This document shows, in pieces, positions 8,605-15,666 of a stretch of DNA of 64,000 bases. A program made the translations under genes and the position numbers. The notes under the pieces are model-generated. The model searched no databases, had not been told where the DNA came from, and saw only the letters and a list, made by a program, of their open reading frames with translations. Each line of letters begins with the position of its first letter. Position 1 is the first letter of the stretch. The stretch covers positions 2,761 through 66,760 of the forward strand of contig JAFRVI010000023.1 of the NCBI GenBank assembly GCA_017438525.1, read 5' to 3'. The DNA comes from Clostridia bacterium (GTDB lineage: Bacteria; Bacillota; Clostridia; Oscillospirales; RGIG8002).

Positions 8605-8618
8605 TGTGTGTTTGTCAA
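8590..8618 (-). promoter_or_regulatory. Consensus sigma-A promoter for hicAB (TTGACA-17-TATAAT on the minus strand) with a 6-bp-arm palindrome ACACAC-N5-GTGTGT in the spacer
   Basis: Plus strand shows ATTATA at 8590-8595 and TGTCAA at 8613-8618. The palindrome at 8595-8611 is a candidate HicB operator. Confidence 0.5.
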
Positions 8619-8631
8619 CACCAAAATGCGT

Positions 8632-8665
8632 TTGAGGCGAAAAAATATTGCGGAGATGTTATATT
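8632..8665 (+). promoter_or_regulatory. Late-promoter-like bipartite motif copy 1: TTGAGGCGAAAA, then TGTTATATT at fixed spacing
   Basis: The same TTGAGGCGAAAA box and an extended -10-like TGnTAnnnT, 18 nt plus 1 downstream, recur at 12908 and 30367. Confidence 0.5.
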
Positions 8666-8676
8666 GAGCGCGTGAG

Positions 8677-9111
8677 GTGATACTTGTGATTGATTGGGAC
8701 AAGATCAAGGCCGAGTACATCCGCGGTAACACGAGCTACCGAAGGCTCGCGGAGAAGTACGGAATATCAGGGAGCGCCGTCAAGGCGCATATGGCCCGGG
8801 AAAAATGGACGCAGGCGCGAGAGGAGCGCCGCCGGAAGGCGACGGGGAAGATCATCGCCGCCGCTGCCGAGCGGGACAAGGAGCGCGCGGACAGGATATA
8901 TGACGCCGCCGACGTACTGATCCGCAAGATCGCGGCTCAGATCGAGGCCGCGGAGCGGCTGTGCGCTACCGACGCTTCCGCCTACGCCACGGCGCTGGAG
9001 AAGTGCAAGCGCGTGTGCGAGATCAGAGGCGCAGCCGACGGCGAAGAGCTCGAGGGCAGGGTGGTCGTTATTCCCGCGCGGGTGCCGGTGGAGGATGAGG
9101 ATAATGAATGA
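8677..9111 (+). CDS. Terminase small subunit (alternative GTG start 8686)
   Basis: HTH-like N-terminus YIRGNTSYRRLAEKYGISGSAVKAHMAREKW. Lies immediately upstream of and overlapping TerL. Confidence 0.7.
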   Translation: MILVIDWDKIKAEYIRGNTSYRRLAEKYGISGSAVKAHMAREKWTQAREERRRKATGKIIAAAAERDKERADRIYDAADVLIRKIAAQIEAAERLCATDASAYATALEKCKRVCEIRGAADGEELEGRVVVIPARVPVEDEDNE

Positions 9112-10564
9112 TTCCTCCCGGGGAGAAGGCGCGACCGTGTGGACGCCGCAGCCGAGGCAGACGGCGTTTATGCAGCGCGGAGAGTTCGAAGCGCTCTACG
9201 GAGGAGCTGCCGGAGGCGGCAAGAGCGACGCGCTCGTCATCGAGGCGCTGCGCCAGGTGCATATACCGCATTATAAGGCGCTGATCCTCCGCAAGACCTA
9301 TCCGCAGCTCTCCGAGCTGATAGATAAATCTCAAAAATACTACACGGCGCTTTTTCCGGCGGCGAAGTATAACGGGTCCAGCCATACCTGGACCTTTCCG
9401 AGCGGCGCGAAGATCGTCTTCGGCGCGATGCAGTACACGAAGGACCGCGTTAAGTATCAGGGCCAGGCCTATGACTTCATCGCCTTCGACGAGCTGACGC
9501 ACTTTACTTATGAGGAGTACAGCTACCTCTTTTCCCGCTGCCGACCGAACGGGCCCGGGACGGAGTGCTACATCAGGGCGACCGCCAACCCAGGCGGAGT
9601 CGGGCACGGCTGGGTCAAGGAGCGTTTCATCACGCCGGCGCCGCCGATGACGACGATCTGGGAGGAGCAGAGCTGGACGGATCCGGAGGGGAACGAGCAT
9701 ACCGCGCGCCAGAGCCGCGTTTTCGTCCCCTCGACGGTCTTCGATAATCCCGCGCTGCTGCAGAACGATCCGCTCTACGTGCAGCGGCTGGCGTCCCTGC
9801 CGGCGGCGGAGAGACAGGCGCTCCTTTACGGCGACTGGGACACTTTTTCGGGGCAGGTCTTCACCGAGTGGCGCAATGTACCCTCGGAGTACAAAACGCG
9901 GCGCAACACGCACGTTATTTCGCCCTTTGAGATCCCGGGAGACTGGGGGGTATGGTGCGGCTTCGACTGGGGTTACTCGCGGCCGTTTTCCGTCGGGTGG
10001 TACGCCGTGGATCATTCGCGGCGTCTTTACCGCATACGCGAGCTTTACGGCTGCACCGGCGCGCCCAACGTCGGCGTCAAGTGGGAGCCGACGGAGCTCG
10101 CGCGGAAGATCAAGGAGATCGAACGCGAGGATCCGAACCTCAAGGGGCGGAAGATCCACCGCGTGGGCGATCCGGCGATCTGGGGCAGCGACGGCACCGA
10201 GAGTATCGGCGCGCTGATGGAGCGCGAGCGCGTTTATTTCGAGCGCGGCGATCACGCCAGGATCGACGGGAAGATGCAGATCCATCACCGGCTCGCGTTC
10301 GATGAGGCGGGAGTTCCGATGCTTTACGTTTTCAGCACGTGCAAGCACTTTATCCGTACAGTTCCGGCACTCGTGTATGACGAAAGTAACGTCGAGGATA
10401 TCGATACGGACGGCGAGGACCACATCTACGACGAGCTGCGCTACGTCTGTATGAAGAACCCGATCGCGCCGCCGAAGCGCACGGAGCCGCCGGCGAAGCG
10501 TTACGATCCGCTTTCAACGGACGATGCGCAGCCCGGGAGGTACGACTGGTATATCAGATATTAA
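9095..10564 (+). CDS. Terminase large subunit
   Basis: Walker A YGGAAGGGKSDA, Walker B-like YDFIAFDELTHF, and a C-terminal RNaseH-like nuclease region with acidic residues. Confidence 0.9.
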   Translation: MRIMNDSSRGEGATVWTPQPRQTAFMQRGEFEALYGGAAGGGKSDALVIEALRQVHIPHYKALILRKTYPQLSELIDKSQKYYTALFPAAKYNGSSHTWTFPSGAKIVFGAMQYTKDRVKYQGQAYDFIAFDELTHFTYEEYSYLFSRCRPNGPGTECYIRATANPGGVGHGWVKERFITPAPPMTTIWEEQSWTDPEGNEHTARQSRVFVPSTVFDNPALLQNDPLYVQRLASLPAAERQALLYGDWDTFSGQVFTEWRNVPSEYKTRRNTHVISPFEIPGDWGVWCGFDWGYSRPFSVGWYAVDHSRRLYRIRELYGCTGAPNVGVKWEPTELARKIKEIEREDPNLKGRKIHRVGDPAIWGSDGTESIGALMERERVYFERGDHARIDGKMQIHHRLAFDEAGVPMLYVFSTCKHFIRTVPALVYDESNVEDIDTDGEDHIYDELRYVCMKNPIAPPKRTEPPAKRYDPLSTDDAQPGRYDWYIRY

Positions 10565-10626
10565 CGTGCATCTATTTGCGGAATATGCAGATTAACTGCT
10601 AACAACTACTAATAACGGAGGTTATT

Positions 10627-12603
10627 ATGGCAGATGTATTTTACGGAAAAAGACCGGCGGAAGCTTCAGAGCTTGAAAGGCAGCCGGTGCCGGAGCTGAC
10701 GGAGGAGCAGTCCGCCGCGATGCTCACCGGCGGGATGCAGCAGATCATCGGTAAGGAGGAGCTCGACAAGGCGTGCGAGATCCTGCGCAGGTACAAATCC
10801 GGCAAGAGTGCGCTCGAGACGCGCGTTGTGCAGGATGAGATGTGGTGGGAGCTCCGTCACTGGCAGGCGATCGGCGGCGGCAAGAAGTCGGATAATAAGG
10901 AACCGCGCGTCGAGCCGACGAGCGCGTGGCTCTTCAACGGTATTCTGAACAAGCACGCCGACGCTATGGATAATTACCCCGAGCCGATCGTGCTGCCGCG
11001 CGAGCGCAGCGACGAGGAGAGCGCAAAGATGCTCTCGGAGGTCCTGCCGGTCATTATGGAGTACAACAGCTTCGAACAGACCTATGACCGCGGCTGGTGG
11101 GAGAAGCTCAAGCACGGGACCGCCGTTTACGGCGTATTCTGGGATCCGCGCAAGGAGAACGGGCTCGGCGATGTCGATATCCGGCAGATAGACCTGCTGA
11201 ATATCTTCTGGGAGCCCGGGATAACCGATATCCAGGAAAGTCGCAACCTTTTCATCACGCAGCTGGTCGACAACGACGTGCTTACCGAGATGTATCCGCA
11301 ACTGGAAGGGAAGAGCCTCGGGGACGCAATCGACGTGACGAAGTATATCTATGACGACAATGTGGATACGAGCGATAAGTCCGTTGTCGTGGACTGGTAT
11401 TACAAGGTGAAGCGTCCGGACGGGCGCACCGTGCTGCAGTACGTAAAGTTCGTCGCCGACGAGCTGCTTTACGCCAGCGAGAATACCGACGAATACCGTG
11501 ACGACGGGTATTATAACCACGGCAAATACCCCGTCGTCTTCGACGTGATGTTCCCGGAGAAGGGGACGCCCGTCGGCTTCGGCTATGTTGCGATCAGCAA
11601 GGATCCGCAGATCTATATCGACAAGCTTTCCGCAAATATTATGGAAGCGGCGATGATGGATACGAAGAAACGGTTTTTCGTGTCCAGCAACACCGCGATC
11701 GATGATGCGGAGTTCCTCGACTGGAGCCGTCCGCTCGTCAGGGTAGAGGGCGAGCTCGGCGAGGAGAGGATACGCGAGATACGCACCACGCCGATCGCTC
11801 CGATCTATTACAACGTGATGCAGGGCAAGATCGAAGAGATGAAGGACACGACGGCGAATCGCGACGTCAATTCGGGCGGGCAGTCCGGAGGCGTCACCGC
11901 CGCTGCCGCGATCGCCGCGCTCCAGGAAGCCGGCAACAAGGTCAGCCGCGATATGATCGCCGCATCGTACAGGGCGTTCACCGACGTTTCCGCGCTCGTT
12001 ATCGAGCTAATCAGGCAGTTTTACGACGAGAGCCGCGGCTTCCGCATCACCGGCGAGGACGGCGCGTATGAATTCGTCGACGTCAACAACGCGAAGCTGC
12101 GAGATCAGGTCGTTATCAGCGGGACCGGCGAGCAGCTGTATCGCAAGCCGGTCTTCGATCTGAAGATAAAGGCGCAAAAAACGAGCCCGTTTTCCCGTAT
12201 GGAGATGAACGAGCGCGCGAAGGAGCTCTATCAGATGGGTTTCTTCGCGCCGGAACACGCGCAGGAGGCGCTCGGCGCGATAGATATGATGGACTTCGAG
12301 GGGATCGATAAGATCCGGGAGTACATACGCCAGGGCGATACGTTGCTGAAGCTGTGCGAGCAGCAGGCGGCTCAGCTTCAGCAGATGGCGGCACTGCTCG
12401 GGATAGGCGGCGAAAACGCTCCTCCTGCGGCGACGGGGGTAATGGCTCCCGTACAAAGCTCCTCGGGCGACAGCGCGGACGGCTTGGGAGCAGCGGTTAT
12501 GAAGGCGCAGACGCCGATGACGGGCTACGGCCAGCGTCTCGCAAAACGCAGCGCCCCGGATATGAACGTTTCCGGAAACGGCGCAAACCCGGGAGGGCTC
12601 TGA
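10627..12603 (+). CDS. Portal protein
   Basis: 658-aa ORF directly after TerL and before the protease/scaffold/capsid genes. Call made from position and size. Confidence 0.75.
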   Translation: MADVFYGKRPAEASELERQPVPELTEEQSAAMLTGGMQQIIGKEELDKACEILRRYKSGKSALETRVVQDEMWWELRHWQAIGGGKKSDNKEPRVEPTSAWLFNGILNKHADAMDNYPEPIVLPRERSDEESAKMLSEVLPVIMEYNSFEQTYDRGWWEKLKHGTAVYGVFWDPRKENGLGDVDIRQIDLLNIFWEPGITDIQESRNLFITQLVDNDVLTEMYPQLEGKSLGDAIDVTKYIYDDNVDTSDKSVVVDWYYKVKRPDGRTVLQYVKFVADELLYASENTDEYRDDGYYNHGKYPVVFDVMFPEKGTPVGFGYVAISKDPQIYIDKLSANIMEAAMMDTKKRFFVSSNTAIDDAEFLDWSRPLVRVEGELGEERIREIRTTPIAPIYYNVMQGKIEEMKDTTANRDVNSGGQSGGVTAAAAIAALQEAGNKVSRDMIAASYRAFTDVSALVIELIRQFYDESRGFRITGEDGAYEFVDVNNAKLRDQVVISGTGEQLYRKPVFDLKIKAQKTSPFSRMEMNERAKELYQMGFFAPEHAQEALGAIDMMDFEGIDKIREYIRQGDTLLKLCEQQAAQLQQMAALLGIGGENAPPAATGVMAPVQSSSGDSADGLGAAVMKAQTPMTGYGQRLAKRSAPDMNVSGNGANPGGL

Positions 12604-12604
12604 T

Positions 12605-12901
12605 ATGATCGACGTTTACGCGGAGAAGGACGGCGATCTGTTTACCCTTGCCGTCAGGGGACACGCGACGGGCAGCGAGGAGGTCTGCGCCGGCGTGAGC
12701 GCGATTGTCTACGCGCTCGCCGGCTGGGCGGAGAATTACGCGGAGGCCGACGTGCGCACGGAGCTCGAATCCGGAGACGCGCTCGTTACCTTCCGCGGCG
12801 GAAGCGAGGCAGAGGCCGCTTTTGATATGGCCGTGATCGGTCTGAAACAAATAGAGGCGGGACACGGCCGATATATCAGCGTGAGAAATGCGGAAATATA
12901 G
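12605..12901 (+). CDS. Prp-family (DUF464) cysteine protease, phage-encoded
   Basis: RGHATGSEEVCAGVSAIVYAL matches the His/Cys dyad context GHA....D.VCAAVSA of ribosomal-processing protease Prp. Confidence 0.7.
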   Translation: MIDVYAEKDGDLFTLAVRGHATGSEEVCAGVSAIVYALAGWAENYAEADVRTELESGDALVTFRGGSEAEAAFDMAVIGLKQIEAGHGRYISVRNAEI

Positions 12902-12907
12902 CTGTTT

Positions 12908-12941
12908 TTGAGGCGAAAAGAGAAAGAGCGCCTGATAAGAT
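12908..12941 (+). promoter_or_regulatory. Late-promoter-like bipartite motif copy 2: TTGAGGCGAAAA ... TGATAAGAT
   Basis: Identical box and identical spacing to copies 1 and 3. Lies in the intergenic gap before the scaffold gene. Confidence 0.5.
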
Positions 12942-12993
12942 TTAAGAGTAAGGCACACGGGAGCGACTATCCCGCGATATTCAGGAGGTTTTT

Positions 12994-13923
12994 ATGACCG
13001 GTATTTACGAAGCTGACCTGCGTCTGTTCGACGGCGCCGGAGACGGAGCGGGTACGGCTGCATCGGGCGAAGGCAACACACCTGCGGCCGCCGCGCAGGA
13101 TGAAAAGGTGCAGGTCGTTTACGGCAAGCAGCCGGAGGCTGCTCCGGAGACGAACGTGCAGGGTGAGACCGAAGAAAAGCAGGCGACGCCGGAAGAGCGC
13201 CGCAAGGCGTATAACGATCTCATCAATTCCGCTGAATACAAGGAGTTTTATACCGAGGATACGCAGCGGATAATCAACAAGCGGTTCAAAGAAACAAAAA
13301 GTCTTGAGGAAAAGGTAGCCAAGCAGCAGAGCGTCATCGACGCAGTTGCGAGGCGTTATAATCTCAAGGCCGCCGACGCGGACGCCGTGCTCAGTGCGAT
13401 CGAGAACGACACCTCTTATTATGAGCAGGCGGCATACGAGGCGGGAATGACCGTCGAACAGTATGCGGCAATGGAAAAGCTGAAGCGCGATAACGCTCGG
13501 CTTGCCGCCGAGCAGGCACAGCGCGAGGAGAAGGAGCGCGTGGACTCTCAGGTCAGGCAGTGGGTCGCCGACGCCGAAACGGTGAAGGCACATTATCCGG
13601 ACTTCGACCTCAACGCTCTGCTCCCGCAGGAACCGGGCGGTGAAACGCCGTTCACTCGGCTGCTCAAAGCCGGAGTTTCTATGGAGCACGCATACCGCGT
13701 GATCAATATGGACCGCTTGATGGCGGACGCCACGAGGCAGACCGCCGCGCTCACGGAAAAGGCCGTTGTCGACAGCGTTCGCGCTAAGGGCGCGAGGCCC
13801 GCCGAGAACGGCGCGGCTCCGAGAAGCGCATTTGTCGTCAAAAGCGACGTCAATAAACTAACAAAAGAAGATAGGGCGACAATCGCCCTGAAAGCGATGC
13901 GCGGAGAACATATAGAGTTCTGA
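12994..13923 (+). CDS. Scaffolding protein
   Basis: Glu/Ala/Lys-rich, helical-looking 309-aa ORF immediately upstream of the major capsid gene. Confidence 0.65.
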   Translation: MTGIYEADLRLFDGAGDGAGTAASGEGNTPAAAAQDEKVQVVYGKQPEAAPETNVQGETEEKQATPEERRKAYNDLINSAEYKEFYTEDTQRIINKRFKETKSLEEKVAKQQSVIDAVARRYNLKAADADAVLSAIENDTSYYEQAAYEAGMTVEQYAAMEKLKRDNARLAAEQAQREEKERVDSQVRQWVADAETVKAHYPDFDLNALLPQEPGGETPFTRLLKAGVSMEHAYRVINMDRLMADATRQTAALTEKAVVDSVRAKGARPAENGAAPRSAFVVKSDVNKLTKEDRATIALKAMRGEHIEF

Positions 13924-13948
13924 CCGCGCACGCGGAAAGGACAAAGTT

Positions 13949-15214
13949 ATGATTTTCAAGACCATTCTCAACCTCTTCGACAGCTATGCGGTGAACGTCA
14001 ATACCGGCGCATCCGCCGCTGCCGACTACAACGTCAACAGGTCTTCCGACGCTGAACTTTCCAGCGAAATGAAGACCTATTACTCCGCTTATCTGATCGA
14101 TCTCGCCGAGCCCCTGCTCGTGCACGATCAGTTCGGACAGAAGCGCCCCATCCCCGCCAACAACGGCAAGCAGGTGGAGTTCCGTAAGTACAGCACCCTT
14201 CCGAAGCTGACCACGCCTCTGACCGAGGGCGTTACTCCCGACGGCCAGAAGCTCTCCGTGAGCGTAATCACCTCCGAGGTGCATCAGTACGGCGGTTACA
14301 TCGCGCTTTCCGACGTACTGCTGCTGACCGCGATCGACAAGAACCTCGTGGAAGCCACGAAGCTCCTCGCTTCCCAGGCCGGCAGAACGCTCGACACAAT
14401 CACCAGAGAGGTCGTCAACGGCGGTACGCAGGTCGTTTACGCCGGCGGCGGACTTGACCGTTCCGCGCTCGTGGGCGGCGCCGGTTCCGGCAACAACTAC
14501 ATCACCGTCGTCGACGTCCGCAAGGCCGTCCGTGCGCTGAAGGTAATGAACGCGCCCAAGATCGACGGCCGGTACGTTGGTATCATCCATCCCGACGTCG
14601 CCTTCGATCTTATGAACGATCCCGACTGGAAGTATCCGCACCAGTACAAGGACACGACCAACATCTACACCGACGAGATCGGCGAGATCGGCGGCGTCCG
14701 CTTCGTCGAGACGACCGAGGCGAAGATCTTCAAGGGCAAGAACCTTGCCGGCGAGACCAGAAACCTTGCTGTCAACGGCGCGGTCACCGCGAACACGCAG
14801 AAGACGATCACCTTCGACGGCGGCACCGTCGCCTCGAACGCGCTCAAGGGCAGGCAGATCCTTGTCGACGGTAAGATCTACACCGTCGCGAGCAATACCC
14901 CGACGGTTATCACCGTTTCCGGATCCGCCAATCTGCCCGCCATCGCGGACAACACCGTCATCTATCCCGCAGAAGGCGGTGCCGCCGGCAGAGCGGTCTA
15001 TTCCACTCTGATCATCGGCGAGAACGCTTACGGCGTTACCGAGATCGAAGGCGGCGGCCTGCAGCACATCGTTAAGCAGCTCGGCGCCGGTGAGGATCCG
15101 CTCAACCAGCGCGCCACCGCGGGCTGGAAGGCGATCAAGACCGCAGTGATCCTCGTCGACGAGTATCTCTGCAGGATCGAATCCACCAGCACCTACGACG
15201 AGGACGACAAGTAA
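13949..15214 (+). CDS. Major capsid protein (N4-gp56-like / HK97 fold)
   Basis: 421 aa. Segments such as GIIHPDVAFDLMNDPDWKY and the C-terminal AGWKAIKTAVILVDEYL resemble the N4-gp56 capsid family. Position after the scaffold gene supports the call. Confidence 0.75.
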   Translation: MIFKTILNLFDSYAVNVNTGASAAADYNVNRSSDAELSSEMKTYYSAYLIDLAEPLLVHDQFGQKRPIPANNGKQVEFRKYSTLPKLTTPLTEGVTPDGQKLSVSVITSEVHQYGGYIALSDVLLLTAIDKNLVEATKLLASQAGRTLDTITREVVNGGTQVVYAGGGLDRSALVGGAGSGNNYITVVDVRKAVRALKVMNAPKIDGRYVGIIHPDVAFDLMNDPDWKYPHQYKDTTNIYTDEIGEIGGVRFVETTEAKIFKGKNLAGETRNLAVNGAVTANTQKTITFDGGTVASNALKGRQILVDGKIYTVASNTPTVITVSGSANLPAIADNTVIYPAEGGAAGRAVYSTLIIGENAYGVTEIEGGGLQHIVKQLGAGEDPLNQRATAGWKAIKTAVILVDEYLCRIESTSTYDEDDK

Positions 15215-15226
15215 TCCCGTCATAAT

Positions 15227-15255
15227 GTCGGGGCTGTCACATCGGCAGCCCCGAC
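15227..15255 (+). other. GC-rich 10-bp hairpin just after the capsid gene (no T-run)
   Basis: GTCGGGGCTG-N9-CAGCCCCGAC. Possible attenuator or mRNA-stability element. Confidence 0.5.
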
Positions 15256-15277
15256 GTAAAAATAAGGAGGATATTTT

Positions 15278-15559
15278 ATGGCTACCGAAAAGAAGAACGC
15301 CGAACAGGAAACAACGAAAGTTGAACAGGAAAGGTATTTCAACGAGCCCGTGGAGATCGAGCTTTTTAAGGATGAGGACCGCTACAAGGACGACGTCTTC
15401 GTCGCGGTCAACGGCAAGAGGTTCAGGATCCAGCGCGGAGTCAGGGTGACTGTGCCGCGTTATATCGCACTCGAAGTCGAGCGTAGTCTTGCACAGAAAA
15501 AGGCTGCCGCAGCAGTCATAACCTACTACTCCGGCAAACAGCAGGTCATAGGGGAATAA
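15278..15559 (+). CDS. Small virion-associated hypothetical protein
   Basis: SD AAGGAGG 8 nt upstream. Lies between the capsid and fibre-like genes. Confidence 0.5.
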   Translation: MATEKKNAEQETTKVEQERYFNEPVEIELFKDEDRYKDDVFVAVNGKRFRIQRGVRVTVPRYIALEVERSLAQKKAAAAVITYYSGKQQVIGE

Positions 15560-15666
15560 AACAGAATACCCGCGATACCGAAATATCGCTGTGACACGGC
15601 GCAGCATCGACCGGCTTTCCTCCGGCCGGTGCCGCGCTGTTTCAGACAAGGAAGGAGAATTATATT

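Noticed and set aside
13850-15649. 599-aa minus-strand ORF antisense to the capsid gene. Similar long antisense ORFs occur at 9068-10423, 27406-29223, 35430-36836, 38495-39901, 41884-43914, 47246-48244 and 63351-63965.
   Set aside because: These are typical high-GC antisense open frames. Their products are low-complexity and Arg/Gly/Asp/Val-rich. They have no SD and fully overlap well-supported sense genes.
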